Shown: positions 20,019-31,799, counted from the stretch's first letter. The stretch: DNA of 64,000 nt from Alphaproteobacteria bacterium (GCA_965261735.1 OZ253470.1:1-64000); one strand, 5' to 3'. The notes: generated from the sequence alone by a model not told the origin. Made by a program: numbers and translations.

Positions 20019-20504
20019 CTACCTTTTTGGTGTGTAGGAGATCTTGTAAGTTTCGTGGCAGCCGCCGCAGGCCTTGCCGACGGCACCGGCCGCCGGGCCG
20101 ATCTTCGACATGTCACCGGTCTCCGCAGCCGCGACGAGCGCCTCGGTCGCGGGGCCGAGAGCCTTCGCCGCCGCGAGCACCTTGTCGATCTCCTGCCACA
20201 TCTCGGGCTTCATGTTGCCGCCCTCGGCGCCCGCCGGAAACAGAGTGGGGACGAGGAGCGCATTGTGTCGCAAGACCCGGGCGTGGTGGATGATGTTCGC
20301 CGGCGCTCCCGCCTCGCCCTTGAGGACCATGAAGATTCCGCTGAATGCAGTGGTGTTGGTCTTCATGACAGCCTGGCGGTAGGCGACCGCTTTGCTAATA
20401 TCCTGTTGCGCCGCCGCTGTATCGGCCACGATCAGCGCCACGGCGCCCGCCAAAAGAGCTGCCGCCATCGCGCAGCCAACCACCGATTTCACACGCAATT
20501 CCAT
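20019..20504 (-). CDS. Cytochrome c' (class II cytochrome c)
   Basis: Signal peptide, YRQAVM, LFPAG, PEMW, single C-terminal CGGCH. Confidence 0.9.
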   Translation of the reverse strand: MELRVKSVVGCAMAAALLAGAVALIVADTAAAQQDISKAVAYRQAVMKTNTTAFSGIFMVLKGEAGAPANIIHHARVLRHNALLVPTLFPAGAEGGNMKPEMWQEIDKVLAAAKALGPATEALVAAAETGDMSKIGPAAGAVGKACGGCHETYKISYTPKR

Positions 20505-20559
20505 TTCCAGCCCCCATTGTGTGTTTAGGTCACACTCGATAAACGCGACTGACGTAACT

Positions 20560-20934
20560 TTATTCCACGACTTCCACCGTAAGGGTGGCGCCGCCGAGGC
20601 CGTGGACGCTGTCGTGGGCTCGTACGGTCATTCGGGTAGCGCCTTCCGGCACGACGACTCCACCGAGGGAGCGCGTAAAGGGTTGCTCTCCGACGTGAGG
20701 GTGGAGCAGGGTTCGGGCACCGTAGACGGTGCCGTCCGGCCCCACGATCTCCCATCTGTCCGCATAGTGGTCCCACCCCGAATCGGCGTGGCGAACGCTA
20801 ACATCAAAACGATAGACGCCAGCCGAGACCTCGATCACGTTTACGTCAACCACGCTGGCCTCGCCGGCTCGGGCACCACCCGCCGCGGCCGCCAGCGCGA
20901 ACAACAGGGCGATCACCACCAGCGGTCGTAGCAT
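20560..20934 (-). CDS. Conserved exported hypothetical protein
   Basis: Signal peptide; HADSGWDHYADRWE, RTLLHPHVGEQPFTRS, AHDSVHG. Confidence 0.75.
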   Translation of the reverse strand: MLRPLVVIALLFALAAAAGGARAGEASVVDVNVIEVSAGVYRFDVSVRHADSGWDHYADRWEIVGPDGTVYGARTLLHPHVGEQPFTRSLGGVVVPEGATRMTVRAHDSVHGLGGATLTVEVVE

Positions 20935-20935
20935 T

Positions 20936-21520
20936 ATGGCTCAGCTCTCCTCATTGTGCGTCTATTGTGGGTCCCGCGTTGGCGTCGAGCAAGCGCACCG
21001 CGATCTCGCATCCGAGCTCGGCGCCGCGCTCGCGCGCTCGGGCATACGCCTCGTCTTCGGCGGCGGCGGCATCGGCCTCATGGGTATGCTCGCCGACGCG
21101 GCACTCGCCGGTAGCGGCGAGGTCGTAGGCGTCATCCCCCGCCATCTCGACCGTTTCGAGGTCAGTCATTCGGCCGTGCCCGACATGCGCATCGTCGCCA
21201 GCATGCACGAGCGCAAGCAGACGATGTTCGATCTCGCCGATGCCTTCGCCATCCTGCCCGGCGGCCTGGGGACGCTCGACGAGGCGGTCGAGGTCATCAC
21301 CTGGCGCCAGCTCGGCCTGCACGACAAGCCTGTCGTCCTGGTCGACCATGCCGGCTATTGGCGGGGCTTCCAAGCGCTGCTCGAGCACATGATCGGGCGC
21401 GGATTCGCGGGCCACAGCGACACCCAACTGTTCGCGATCGCGAGTGACGTGGCGGAATTGTTTGCGGCGATCTCGGCCGCGCCCGAGCCACGCATCACCA
21501 CGCGACCCGCGCGCCTCTAA
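20936..21520 (+). CDS. LOG family (TIGR00730) nucleotide monophosphate phosphoribohydrolase
   Basis: [24 protein letters not shown]. Confidence 0.92.
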   Translation: MAQLSSLCVYCGSRVGVEQAHRDLASELGAALARSGIRLVFGGGGIGLMGMLADAALAGSGEVVGVIPRHLDRFEVSHSAVPDMRIVASMHERKQTMFDLADAFAILPGGLGTLDEAVEVITWRQLGLHDKPVVLVDHAGYWRGFQALLEHMIGRGFAGHSDTQLFAIASDVAELFAAISAAPEPRITTRPARL

Positions 21521-21672
21521 GACGCCTCGTCGGCTCCTCGATCGGGGCTTGTTTCGGGGCGCCGGCCGAATCGGTTGCGGCGGCCGCGGGCGATGCTAAG
21601 GTGCGCCGCCGCCGGGGCGCGGGGCGCTCGCCGGGCCGAGGCGCGGTGGCGATGGCGAGGGGAACGGTGACG

Positions 21673-22887
21673 ATGAGCAAGATCAAGGTCGACAAGCCGA
21701 TTGCCGAAATAGACGGCGATGAGATGACCCGCATCATCTGGGCGTTCATCAAGGAGAAGCTGATCCTCCCCTATCTCGACATCGAACTCGACTACCACGA
21801 CCTGAGCATCCAGAACCGCGATGCGACCGACGACCAGGTGACGATCGACGCGGCCCATGCCATCCAGCGCTGCGGCGTCGGCGTCAAGTGCGCGACCATC
21901 ACGCCCGACGAGGCCCGGGTCGAGGAGTTCGGCCTCAAGAAGATGTGGCGCTCGCCCAATGGCACGATCCGTAACATCATCGGTGGCACCGTGTTTCGCG
22001 AGCCGATCCTGTGCCGCAATATTCCGAAGCTGGTGCCGGGCTGGACTAGTCCCATCGTCATCGGCCGTCACGCCTTCGGCGATCAGTACCGGGCCACCGA
22101 CTTCGTGATTCCGGGGGCGGGCCACCTCTCGCTTACGTTCACGCCAAGCGACGGCGGCGAGCCGATCCAACATGACATCTTCGACTTTCCCGGCGGCGGC
22201 GTCGCCATGGGCATGTACAACCTCGACGAGTCGATACGCGGCTTCGCCCGAGCCTGCTTCTCCTATGCGTTGGGGCGCGGCTGGCCGCTCTACTTCTCGA
22301 CCAAGAACACGGTCCTCAAAGCCTATGACGGCCGCTTCAAGGACCTGTTCCAGGAGATCTACGAGACCGAATTCGCGGAGCCGTTCGCGGCCGCCGGCCT
22401 GACCTACGAGCACCGGCTGATCGACGACATGGTCGCTTGCGCCCTCAAATGGAGCGGCGGCTTCGTGTGGGCCTGCAAGAACTATGACGGCGATGTGCAG
22501 TCCGATATCGTCGCCCAGGGCTTCGGATCGCTCGGCCTCATGTCTTCGGTGCTGATGACGCAGGACGGCACGACCGTGGAGGCCGAGGCGGCACACGGCA
22601 CGGTAACCCGCCATTACCGCGAGTATCAGAAGGGTAACGAGACCTCGACCAACCCCATCGCCTCGATTTTCGCGTGGACGGGGGGCCTCAAGCACCGCGC
22701 CAAGCTCGACGACAACGCCGCACTCGGGCGCTTCGCCGAGACCCTCGAGACCGTCTGTACCGGGGCGGTCGAGGCCGGCGCCATGACCAAGGACCTGGCG
22801 CTGCTCGTGGGCCCCGACCAACGATGGCTCACCACCAACCAGTTTCTCGACAGGCTCGACCAGGACCTCGGCGCCGCCATCGCGTAA
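21673..22887 (+). CDS. icd: NADP-dependent isocitrate dehydrogenase
   Basis: [48 protein letters not shown]. Confidence 0.97.
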   Translation: MSKIKVDKPIAEIDGDEMTRIIWAFIKEKLILPYLDIELDYHDLSIQNRDATDDQVTIDAAHAIQRCGVGVKCATITPDEARVEEFGLKKMWRSPNGTIRNIIGGTVFREPILCRNIPKLVPGWTSPIVIGRHAFGDQYRATDFVIPGAGHLSLTFTPSDGGEPIQHDIFDFPGGGVAMGMYNLDESIRGFARACFSYALGRGWPLYFSTKNTVLKAYDGRFKDLFQEIYETEFAEPFAAAGLTYEHRLIDDMVACALKWSGGFVWACKNYDGDVQSDIVAQGFGSLGLMSSVLMTQDGTTVEAEAAHGTVTRHYREYQKGNETSTNPIASIFAWTGGLKHRAKLDDNAALGRFAETLETVCTGAVEAGAMTKDLALLVGPDQRWLTTNQFLDRLDQDLGAAIA

Positions 22888-22983
22888 CGAGGCGCCCGAC
22901 GCCTGGGCGGGCAGAGATATCGTTATTGACGGTCATTCGCATGCTATAAATGGCGCCCGCGCACTTCCTGGGGCAGGTTGCCA

Positions 22984-23472
22984 ATGTCATCAGCCAACGG
23001 GGCACCGCGCCCGAGCCAGCCGCGCCCGCTGCGCGTCCACGTTCACCCCGAGACCGCAATCGGCACCATGGTCGGGCGCGCCTCGAGGCTATTTGCGCGC
23101 GTGCTCGACCGGGCGATGGGACCGCTTGGGGTCGCCGCCGGGCAGGTCGTACCGCTCGCGCTCCTGCTCGAGCGCGATGGGGCCACGCCCGGGGAGCTCG
23201 CGCGCCGCGCCGGCCTCAGCAACCCGACCATGGTGCGTACGCTCGATCGCATGGTGCGCAACGGCCTGATACGGCGGGAGAAGAGCGGCCACGACAAGCG
23301 TCTGGTGCTGTGCTTCCTGACGCCGCGCGGCGCCGCCCTCCAGGCGGACCTCGTGGCCGGGATCATCGACGTGGGGGGCTACGCTATGCACGGGCTGAGC
23401 GCGGATGAGCGACGCACCCTCGGCGATCTGCTCGGGCGCGTGATCGCGAACCTCGAAACCAGCCTCAAGTAA
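22984..23472 (+). CDS. MarR family transcriptional regulator
   Basis: ELARRAGLSNPTMVRTLDRM...GLIRR...DKR...LTPRG; start uncertain; TTGACGG...GCTATAAA promoter-like sequence at 22926-22950. Confidence 0.85.
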   Translation: MSSANGAPRPSQPRPLRVHVHPETAIGTMVGRASRLFARVLDRAMGPLGVAAGQVVPLALLLERDGATPGELARRAGLSNPTMVRTLDRMVRNGLIRREKSGHDKRLVLCFLTPRGAALQADLVAGIIDVGGYAMHGLSADERRTLGDLLGRVIANLETSLK

Positions 23473-23486
23473 ACGCCACCGGCAGC

Positions 23487-24743
23487 CTACGATCGGCGGT
23501 CGGCCCCGGCGACGGATGAGCCCGCGTGGCCGGCGGCCTCCCCGTCCTGCTCCGCGAGCCGATCCAACGCGACCCTGCTGATCTCGTCGCGCAACTCGGG
23601 GTCGGCCTCCAGCAGATCACGGAAATCCTGGGCGCCGAGCACCAGCAGCCGGCACTGGGTCAGCGCCCGAACGGTGGCCGTCCGAGGCGTCTCGCGCACC
23701 AGCGCCACCTCGCCGAAAAAATCGCCCTCGCCCAGGGTCGCCGTCCAAGACGGGCCCGTGACCTCGACCTCGCCGGACGTGATAAAGAACATGGAATCGG
23801 CCACTTCACCGCGGCGCATGATGACCGCGCCGGGAACCACCGATCTTGCCTTGAGCAGGTTGGTGATGCGGGTTACGCCGAGCGCGTCGAGGCGCGCAAA
23901 CAGCGGCACGCGCGCGACCATGCCCCACCTGACCGTGAAGTCGCGGCGGTGGATCTCGCTGGCGAACCCGGACGCGACGATGCCGACGGGCAGCGCAAAC
24001 ATGGCGAGCCCGAATATCATCGTGATGCCGCCGACGATGCGACCGGCGGCGGTGATCGGTGTTACGTCGCCGTAGCCCACCGTCGTCATCGTCGCAATCG
24101 CCCACCACATGGCGTGCGGGATGCTCGCGAACTTGTCGGGCTGGACGGCCCGCTCAGCGTAGTACATGGCACTCGACGCCAGCATCAGCAGCACGGCCAT
24201 GATGAGCAGCGCCGCGACCAGCGCGCGGCGCTCGGCCAAGACCACGCGCCCGAGCGTGGCCAGGGCCGGCGAGTGGCGCGCCAGCTTGAGCAGCCATAGC
24301 AGCCGGAACAGGCGCAGGACGCGGAGATCGATCCCGGGCACGACGAAGGCCAGGTAAAATGGGGCGAAGGCGAGAAGGTCGATCAGCCCGTAGAAGCTGA
24401 ACGCGAAGCGTAGGCGCGCCCTGACCGGGCCCAAAGAACCCAGCGGAGGATGCTCCGTGCACACCCACAGCCGGGCCGCGTACTCGATCGTGAAAATGGC
24501 GACCGAGATCGCTTCGAGGAGCCGGAACGCCGTCGCGAATTGCTGGGAGAGGGGTTCGACAGTCTCCAGCGCCACCGCAACGACGTTGGTGACGATAAGG
24601 ACGACGATGAACCCGTCGAAGACGCGGCTCGCGAGGTCGTTGGGATGGCCGACCTCGAGGATTTCGTAGACGCGCTGCTTCCACCGGCGGCGCGCTCCCG
24701 AGCGCCCCGCCTCGCGGACCGGCCCCTCGGCCTGATCAGGCAC
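23487..24743 (-). CDS. Cyclic-nucleotide-gated potassium channel (MloK1-like)
   Basis: Six TMs, S4-like [10 protein letters not shown], filter TMTTVGYGD, cNMP domain FFGEVAL...PRTATV; GTG 24743 overlaps the alaS end. Confidence 0.9.
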   Translation of the reverse strand: MPDQAEGPVREAGRSGARRRWKQRVYEILEVGHPNDLASRVFDGFIVVLIVTNVVAVALETVEPLSQQFATAFRLLEAISVAIFTIEYAARLWVCTEHPPLGSLGPVRARLRFAFSFYGLIDLLAFAPFYLAFVVPGIDLRVLRLFRLLWLLKLARHSPALATLGRVVLAERRALVAALLIMAVLLMLASSAMYYAERAVQPDKFASIPHAMWWAIATMTTVGYGDVTPITAAGRIVGGITMIFGLAMFALPVGIVASGFASEIHRRDFTVRWGMVARVPLFARLDALGVTRITNLLKARSVVPGAVIMRRGEVADSMFFITSGEVEVTGPSWTATLGEGDFFGEVALVRETPRTATVRALTQCRLLVLGAQDFRDLLEADPELRDEISRVALDRLAEQDGEAAGHAGSSVAGADRRS

Positions 24744-27378
24744 CGGCACCGAGCAAGGTCTGCTCGATGGCTTCGAGGGCGGCGTCGGCCTTGGCGCCGT
24801 CGGGGCCGCCCGCCTGCGCCAGGTCGGCGCGGCCGCCGCCACCCTGGCCACCCACCGCAAGCGCCGCGGCCCTGACGAGTTCGACGGCGCTGAAGCGATC
24901 GGTGAGGTCCGCCGTGACGCCAACCACGAGCTGCGCCTTGCCCTCGTTGACCGACACGAGCGCGACGACACCGCTACCGATGCGCCGCTTGGCCTCGTCC
25001 GTCATCGCCCGCAGGTCCTTGGCCGGGATGTCCGAAAGACGCCGCGACGCAAACGGCACACCGGCAACCTCGCGCTCGGTGAGGCCGGCGCCGCCGCGAG
25101 CCACGGCTTGGCGAGCCTGGGCGAGCTCGCGCTCGAGCCGCTTGCGCTCGTCCACGAGCTGAGCGATGCGGGCGGGCAGCTCGGCCGGTGGCGCGCGCAG
25201 GGCCGCCGCGGCCTCGTCGAGGAGCCGCGCCTGCGCGTTGACGTGGTCGAGCGCGGCCGCGCCGCTGACCGCCTCGATACGCCTCACGCCCGCCGCCACC
25301 GCGCCTTCGGCCACGATCTTGAACAGGCCGATATCGCCGGTGCGCGCGGCGTGGGTGCCGCCGCAGAGCTCCACCGAGTAGGGCCGCCCGGCGGCCTCGC
25401 CCATGCTAAGCACGCGCACCTGCTCGCCGTACTTCTCGCCGAACAGCGCCAGCGCCCCGGCCGCCATCGCCTCGTCCGGCGCCATCAGGCGCGTCGCGAC
25501 CGGAACGTTGCGCAGGACCTGCTGATTGACCTCTGATTCGGCGGCCGCGATCTCGGGCCCGGTAAGCGGACGCGGATGGCTGATATCGAAGCGCAGGCGG
25601 CCGGGCGCGACGAGCGAGCCCTTTTGGGTCACATGATCGCCCAAGGTACGCCGCAGCGCCGCGTGTAACAGGTGCGTCGCCGAGTGGTGGGCCCGCAGGC
25701 CCCCCCGGCGCCCGCCGTCGACCCGCATCTCGACCACGTCGCCGCTGGTCACCGTGCCGCGCGTGACCGTGCCCTGGTGGACGTGAAGATCGCCGACCCG
25801 CTTGACCGTGTCGTTGATCGCGATCTCGCAGCCCTGGGCCGCGAACATAACCCCGGCATCGCCGACCTGGCCCCCGGATTCGGCGTAGAACGGCGTCTGA
25901 TTGACGATCAGGGCTAGCTCCGTGCCCTCCTGCGCGGACGCGGTCTCCGCGCCGTCGACGATGAGGGCCTCGATCCGCCCCTCGGCGACCTCGGTCTCGT
26001 AGCCCAGGAACTCGGTGGCGCCCACGCGCTCGCGCAAGCTGAACCACAGCTCCTCGACGGCCACGTCGCCGGAGCCTGCCCAGGCGGCGCGGGCCTCGGC
26101 CCGCTGGCGCGCCATGGCCGCCTCGAACCCGCCGACATCGACGCCGCGGCCGCGCTCGCGCAGCGCATCCTGGGTGAGATCGAGGGGGAAGCCGAAGGTG
26201 TCGTAGAGGCGAAACGCGATCTCGCCCGGCAGCGCGGCGCCGGCCGCGAGACCGGCCGACGCCTCGTCGAGCAGCTTGAGCCCACGCGCCAGCGTCTGCT
26301 TGAATCTGGTCTCCTCGAGCTTCAGGGTCTCACCGATCAGCGCTTCGGCGCGCACGAGCTCGCCGAAGACCGGGCCCATCTGGGCGACCATCGCCGGCAC
26401 CAGCCGCCACATCACGGGCTCGGCGCAGCCCATCAGGTGGGCGTGGCGCATGGCGCGGCGCATGATGCGGCGCAGCACGTAGCCGCGGCCCTCGTTCGCC
26501 GGCATCACGCCGTCGGCCATAAGGAAGCAGACCGACCGCAGGTGATCGGCGATGACGCGGTGCGATACGGCGTGGGCACCGTCGGGCGCCGCGCCCGTGA
26601 CCTCGGCCGAGGCGAGAATGAGCTCGCGCAGCAGGTCGGTGTCGTAGGTGTCGTGCTTGCCCTGGATGACGGCGGCGATGCGCTCGAGGCCCATGCCGGT
26701 GTCGATCGAGGGGCGCGGCAGGTCGATCCGCTCGTCGGGCGCGACCTGCTCGAACTGCATGAACACGAGATTCCAGATCTCGACGAAACGGTCGCCGTCG
26801 GCCTCGGCCGTTCCCGGCGGCCCGCCCGCCACCTGATCGCCATGGTCGTAGAAGATTTCCGAGCAAGGGCCGCAGGGGCCGACCTCGCCCATGCTCCAAA
26901 AATTGTCGTCCGTGGCGATGCGCACGATGCGCTCCTCGGGCAGGCCCGAAATCTTGCGCCACAGCGCCCGCGCATCCTCGTCCTCGTGATAGACGGTGAC
27001 CCACAGCCGCCCAGGCGCCAAGCCGAGTTCCCGGGTCACCAGATTCCACGCCAGCTCGATGGCGAGCTCCTTGAAGTAGTCGCCGAACGAGAAGTTGCCG
27101 AGCATCTCGAAGAAGGTGTGGTGGCGCGCGGTGTAGCCGACGTTGTCGAGATCGTTGTGCTTGCCACCGACGCGCACGCACTTCTGGCTCGTGGCGGCGC
27201 GCGTGTAGGGGCGCGTCTCGGCGCCGGTGAACAGGCTCTTGAACTGCACCATGCCGGCGTTGGTGAACAGCAGCGTCGGGTCGTTGTGCGGCACGAGCGG
27301 GCCCGAGGGCACGATCTCGTGCCCGTTGGCGGCGAAGTAGTCGAGGAACGCGCGGCGGATATCGTGGGCGCTGTTCAT
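24736..27378 (-). CDS. alaS: Alanine--tRNA ligase
   Basis: [55 protein letters not shown]. Confidence 0.98.
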   Translation of the reverse strand: MNSAHDIRRAFLDYFAANGHEIVPSGPLVPHNDPTLLFTNAGMVQFKSLFTGAETRPYTRAATSQKCVRVGGKHNDLDNVGYTARHHTFFEMLGNFSFGDYFKELAIELAWNLVTRELGLAPGRLWVTVYHEDEDARALWRKISGLPEERIVRIATDDNFWSMGEVGPCGPCSEIFYDHGDQVAGGPPGTAEADGDRFVEIWNLVFMQFEQVAPDERIDLPRPSIDTGMGLERIAAVIQGKHDTYDTDLLRELILASAEVTGAAPDGAHAVSHRVIADHLRSVCFLMADGVMPANEGRGYVLRRIMRRAMRHAHLMGCAEPVMWRLVPAMVAQMGPVFGELVRAEALIGETLKLEETRFKQTLARGLKLLDEASAGLAAGAALPGEIAFRLYDTFGFPLDLTQDALRERGRGVDVGGFEAAMARQRAEARAAWAGSGDVAVEELWFSLRERVGATEFLGYETEVAEGRIEALIVDGAETASAQEGTELALIVNQTPFYAESGGQVGDAGVMFAAQGCEIAINDTVKRVGDLHVHQGTVTRGTVTSGDVVEMRVDGGRRGGLRAHHSATHLLHAALRRTLGDHVTQKGSLVAPGRLRFDISHPRPLTGPEIAAAESEVNQQVLRNVPVATRLMAPDEAMAAGALALFGEKYGEQVRVLSMGEAAGRPYSVELCGGTHAARTGDIGLFKIVAEGAVAAGVRRIEAVSGAAALDHVNAQARLLDEAAAALRAPPAELPARIAQLVDERKRLERELAQARQAVARGGAGLTEREVAGVPFASRRLSDIPAKDLRAMTDEAKRRIGSGVVALVSVNEGKAQLVVGVTADLTDRFSAVELVRAAALAVGGQGGGGRADLAQAGGPDGAKADAALEAIEQTLLGAGA

Positions 27379-27551
27379 GCGCCTTTATCGAACGGAACGC
27401 CGCGCGTGGCAAGCCGCGCGCCGCGAACGCGCGCCTGCGATCAGACGGGAGACGCGCCCTGCTCCGTTGCCACACCGCGGGCCCCTAGGCCCGCCCTGTT
27501 GCCGGCCTCCGTTGACCGCACCTAGGCCCGCGGGCGCGGCTTGGCGCGAAC

Positions 27552-28637
27552 TCAGGCCTCAGGCCCTTCGACCTCGGGGGTCGCCGCCTCCGTTTCCGCG
27601 CCAGCGTCGATAACCTTGCCCAGGAGCCCGGCGTTTTCGCGAATCGTGCGCTCGATCGCCTCGGCGATATCGCGCCGCTCGGCGAGGAAGGTTTTGGCGT
27701 TCTCGCGCCCTTGGCCGATGCGCTGGCCGCCATAGGAGTACCAGGTGCCCGACTTTTCGACCACGCCGGCCTTGACGCCGAGATCGATCAGCTCGCCGTT
27801 CTTAGAGATACCAACACCGTACATGATGTCGAATTCGACCATCTTGAAGGGCGGCGCGAGCTTGTTCTTGACGACCTTGACCCGGGTCTGGTTGCCGACG
27901 ACCTCGTCGCGGTCCTTGATGGCGCCGATGCGGCGGATGTCGAGCCGCACCGAAGCGTAGAACTTGAGCGCGTTCCCGCCCGAGGTGGTCTCGGGATTGC
28001 CGAACATGACGCCGATCTTCATCCGTATCTGGTTGATGAAGATCACCATGCAACGCGAGCGCGAGATGGACGAGGTGAGCTTCCTGAGCGCCTGGCTCAT
28101 CAGGCGGGCCTGGAGGCCGACATGGATGTCGCCCATGTCGCCTTCGAGCTCGGCCCGCGGCACCAGTGCGGCAACGCTGTCGACGACGAGGACATCGACG
28201 GCACCGGAACGGACCAAGGTATCGGCGATCTCGAGCGCCTGCTCGCCGGTATCGGGCTGGGAGATGAGGAGCTCGCCGGCATCGACGCCGAGCTTCCTCG
28301 CGTAAAGGGGATCAAGCGCGTGCTCGGCGTCGACGAAGGCGCAGGTGCCCCCGCCCTTTTGCGATTCGGCGACGACGTGGAGCGCCAGCGTGGTCTTGCC
28401 CGAGCTCTCCGGCCCATAGATCTCGACGACGCGGCCGCGCGGCAGCCCGCCGATCCCGAGCGCGATGTCGAGCCCCAGCGAGCCGGTCGAAATGACCTCG
28501 GTCTCGACCGTGTCGTTCTGGCCGAGGCGCATCACCGAGCCCTTGCCGAACGCCCGCTCGATCTGGCTGAGCGCGGCGTCGAGCGCCTTCTGCCGCTCCG
28601 GGTGCTCCATGTCGACCAATCGCAATGCCGTTTCCAT
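27552..28637 (-). CDS. recA: Recombinase A
   Basis: [34 protein letters not shown]; start ATG 28637. Confidence 0.98.
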   Translation of the reverse strand: METALRLVDMEHPERQKALDAALSQIERAFGKGSVMRLGQNDTVETEVISTGSLGLDIALGIGGLPRGRVVEIYGPESSGKTTLALHVVAESQKGGGTCAFVDAEHALDPLYARKLGVDAGELLISQPDTGEQALEIADTLVRSGAVDVLVVDSVAALVPRAELEGDMGDIHVGLQARLMSQALRKLTSSISRSRCMVIFINQIRMKIGVMFGNPETTSGGNALKFYASVRLDIRRIGAIKDRDEVVGNQTRVKVVKNKLAPPFKMVEFDIMYGVGISKNGELIDLGVKAGVVEKSGTWYSYGGQRIGQGRENAKTFLAERRDIAEAIERTIRENAGLLGKVIDAGAETEAATPEVEGPEA

Positions 28638-28691
28638 AGCGCGTCCTTCCCTTATTTCACAGGGGCGGTATTGATGCAATCGGCGGCCAAT

Positions 28692-28706
28692 GTACATGGT
28701 TTGTTC
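28692..28706 (-). promoter_or_regulatory. Alphaproteobacterial LexA (SOS) box upstream of recA
   Basis: GAAC-N7-GTAC on the minus strand, 55 bp upstream of recA; weaker GTTC-N7-GTTG at 28760-28774. Confidence 0.8.
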
Positions 28707-28865
28707 CGGTTGGCAAGATATTTTTTAAGGCATTGAAGCGACTACGAAAACGTACCCATGTTCCGGGTTTGTTGGAGCCTTGACGGAGCGCGTTCATCAT
28801 GGTTGACGGCGGCGCTGCGCGAGCCGCAGCGTGCCCCCGCTCGGGGCGCGGCCGCCCTCGGGCGT

Positions 28866-29978
28866 TCAACCTGCAGGGGCCTCGAGAACCTCTTTCACCT
28901 TGCCGGCGAGCTCCTTGAGGCTGAAGGGCTTGGCCAGGAACTGGGCGCCGGGAGCGCGCTCCGCGAGGGGCGTCATGTCCTCCGCATAGCCCGAGATGAG
29001 CAGCACCTTGAGGTCGGGGCGGCGCTCGATCGCATGCCTGACGAGCGTGGGGCCGTCCATGTGAGGCATGCCGACGTCGGTGATCACCAGATCGATGGTG
29101 CCGTCGTGGCGCTCGAGCAGGGCCAGCGCCGCCGCGCCGCTCTCCGCCTCCAGGACCTGGTAGCCGTGGTTGCGCAACGCACGCTGGGCGAACTGGCGCA
29201 CCGGGCCCTCGTCCTCGACGAGCAGGATCGTGGCCGCACCGGTCAGGTCGCGGCCGGGCTCGCGGACACCGGGCTCGGCCGCTACCGCCTCCTCCGTCTC
29301 GGGAGCGCGCGGCAAATAGATGCTGAACTGCGCGCCCTCCCCTTCCACGCTCTGCGGGATGATGAAGCCGCCGGTCTGTTTGATGATTCCGTAAACGGTC
29401 GACAGGCCGAGGCCAACACCGGCCCCCGCCTCCTTGGTGGTGAAGAACGGCTCGAAGATCTGCTCGAGTTCAGCGGGCGACATGCCGCAGCCGTTGTCGG
29501 CGACCTCGATGCGGACATAGTCGCCGGCGGGCATGATGTCGTCACCGATGGACTCGCTGGCCGCCGTCGCGACGTTGCGCGTGGCGATGGTGAGGGTGCC
29601 GCCGTCCGGCATCGCGTCACGTGCGTTCACGGCTAGATTGATGATGACCTGCTCGAACTGGCCCTGGTCGACCTTGACGAGGCCGATGCCACGGCCGTGA
29701 ACCATCTTGAGCTCGATGTTGGTACCGAGCAGGCGCTTGAGCAAATGGGACAATTCGGCGAGGACGTCGGGCAGGACGAGCACCCGTGGCTGCATCGTCT
29801 GCTGACGCGAAAACGCGAGCAGTTGACGCACCAGGTTCGCGGCTCGGTTGGCGTTCTGCTTGATCTGCATGATGTCGACGAAAGACTGATCGCCGACCGG
29901 ATGGCGCAACAGAAGCAGGTCGCAGAAGCCGATCATGGCGGTGAGCAGGTTGTTGAAATCGTGTGCGATTCCGCCCGC
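28866..29978 (-). pseudogene. cckA: 5'-truncated CckA-like hybrid histidine kinase
   Basis: AGGIAHDFNNLLTAMIG H-box, QLLAFSRQQT, NLAVNARDAM, receiver domain; sits upstream of recA; sequence switches to IS1595 DNA at 29977 and hits an in-frame TAG at 29985-29987. Confidence 0.85.
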
Positions 29979-30058
29979 TCCAACCTATGCCGAGCTTTAC
30001 TCGGGAGAGTGGCGGCACCCTACATGTAGCGGTCATGGGCGTTAACCGGATAGGCAAG
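29977..30058 (+). mobile_element. 82-bp right-end remnant of the IS1595 element
   Basis: Matches 34304-34385, ending in TIR AACCGGATAGGCAAG. Confidence 0.92.
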
Positions 30059-30059
30059 G

Positions 30060-30071
30060 AACATGCGTTAG
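30060..30071 (+). pseudogene. Probable last codons of flgG (N-M-R-stop)
   Basis: AAC ATG CGT TAG immediately before the flgA RBS, where flgG normally ends; only 12 bp. Confidence 0.35.
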
Positions 30072-30081
30072 GAGTGAGATA

Positions 30082-31041
30082 GTGAGGCAAGCGCTCATCA
30101 TCGTCGCAGCCACCCTGCCGCTGAATTCGGGGGCACTCGCCGAGGTCATGCTGCGGGCCAGCACAACCGTCGATGCGCCCGTCGTGACCCTGGCCGACGT
30201 GTTCGAGGGGGCCCAAGCCTACGCCGATGTGGTGCTGATCGCGGCGCCGGCGCCGGGCCAGCGTTTGATACTCGACGCGGGCCAGGTGGGCGCCGTGGCG
30301 CGCACGCAGGGGCTGCAGTGGCACGCAACTCCTGGCTTTGCACGCATCGTCGTCGTGCGCGCCAGCCGCCTCGTACCGAGAGACGATATCGAAGACGCCC
30401 TGGCGCGTACGATCCGCGACGGCGGCTTCGCCGAGGACGTAGAGATCGAGCTCTTCAACCGCGGCTTCCAGATGCATGTGGCGCCGGATGCGGCGCCCGG
30501 CGTGGGCGTCCGCGACATCTCCATCGATCGCTCCACGGGGCTGTTCACGGCCACCCTGAGCGCACCTCCCAATGCCCACGAATCGCCCGCGGTACGCGTG
30601 TCCGGTCGTGCCTTCGAGCTCGTCGAGGTCCCCGTATTGCGCCGTTCGGTGGCCGTCGGCGAAGCGGTACGCGCCGAGGACGTCAGCTGGCAACCGATTC
30701 GGCGCGACCGTATCAGAGGCAACATGGTGACCGATACCGATGAGGTCGTGGGACTCGAGCCGCGCCGGCGCATTCGCGCCGGCGAGCCCATTCGGGCCTC
30801 CGACCTAAGGCCGGTCGAAACCATCTCCAAGGGTACCGTCGTGACGATGGTGGTGAGGGCGCCGGGCATTACGCTCACGGCCACCGGCCGCGCCATCCAG
30901 GCGGGTGCGACCGGCGACATCATCCGCGTCTCCAACCTGAAGAGCCACCGCATCGTTCAGGGGACCATCGTCAGCCCGGGTCGTGTCGACGTCCAGGGGG
31001 CACCGCGGTTTATCGGCGGGCAGGACGGGAAAACGCCATGA
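30082..31041 (+). CDS. flgA: Flagellar P-ring formation chaperone
   Basis: Signal peptide, VTLADVF, APAPGQ, VPVLRR, SAF-like C-terminus GDIIRVSNLKSHRIVQG; directly upstream of flgH. Confidence 0.88.
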   Translation: MRQALIIVAATLPLNSGALAEVMLRASTTVDAPVVTLADVFEGAQAYADVVLIAAPAPGQRLILDAGQVGAVARTQGLQWHATPGFARIVVVRASRLVPRDDIEDALARTIRDGGFAEDVEIELFNRGFQMHVAPDAAPGVGVRDISIDRSTGLFTATLSAPPNAHESPAVRVSGRAFELVEVPVLRRSVAVGEAVRAEDVSWQPIRRDRIRGNMVTDTDEVVGLEPRRRIRAGEPIRASDLRPVETISKGTVVTMVVRAPGITLTATGRAIQAGATGDIIRVSNLKSHRIVQGTIVSPGRVDVQGAPRFIGGQDGKTP

Positions 31042-31799
31042 ACCACGCCTACAGGTCTACGGTTGCGCGGGCTGGATTCGTCGCCGCGCTCGCTGGCGCG
31101 CTCGCCGGGTGCAACGTCATCGACAGGCTATCGGACGTCGGCTCGCCGCCTGCGCTCGCGACGATCGACAATCCCGTTCTCCAGCCCAACTACCGCGCGG
31201 TCAGCATGCCGATGCCGCTAACCGCGAGCGTCAGTCGCCACCCCAATTCGCTGTGGCGACCCGGCGCCAAGGCTTTCTTCAAGGACCAGCGCGCGGCCAA
31301 GATCGGCGACATCGTCACCGTGCAGGTGGCGATCGAGGACGAGGCCACGTTGAGCAACACCACCAGCCGCTCGCGGTCAAACGCCGAGGACGGCGACATC
31401 ACCAACATCTTCGGCTACGAGGGCGCGCTCGGCCGGATCCTGCCGCAAGCCATCAACCCGGCATCCGTGGTCAGCCTCGGCAGCACCAGCAACAGCACCG
31501 GCGTGGGCTCCGTGACCCGGGAGGAAACCATCAACCTCAACATCGCTGCCGTCGTCACCCAGGTCCTACCCAACGGCAACCTGGTAATCTATGGGCGCCA
31601 GGAGGTTCGGGTCAACTTCGAGGTGCGCGAGCTCAAGGTCGCCGGCGTAATTCGGCCCGAGGACATCACCTCGACCAACACGATTAGCCATTCCCAGATT
31701 GCCGAGGCGCGTATCGCCTACGGCGGCCGCGGCCAGCTCAGCGACGTCCAGCAACCACGCTACGGCCAGCAGGTACTCGACATCTTCCTGCCCTTCTAG
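31038..31799 (+). CDS. flgH: Flagellar L-ring protein
   Basis: Lipobox LAGC, NSLW, FFKDQRA, VLPNGNL, QIAEARIAYGGRG. Confidence 0.95.
   Translation: MNHAYRSTVARAGFVAALAGALAGCNVIDRLSDVGSPPALATIDNPVLQPNYRAVSMPMPLTASVSRHPNSLWRPGAKAFFKDQRAAKIGDIVTVQVAIEDEATLSNTTSRSRSNAEDGDITNIFGYEGALGRILPQAINPASVVSLGSTSNSTGVGSVTREETINLNIAAVVTQVLPNGNLVIYGRQEVRVNFEVRELKVAGVIRPEDITSTNTISHSQIAEARIAYGGRGQLSDVQQPRYGQQVLDIFLPF

Noticed and set aside
27484-27531. CCTAGGCCCGC direct repeat (27484 and 27521) between recA and alaS
   Set aside because: Only two 11-bp copies in GC-rich DNA; not a CRISPR or REP array
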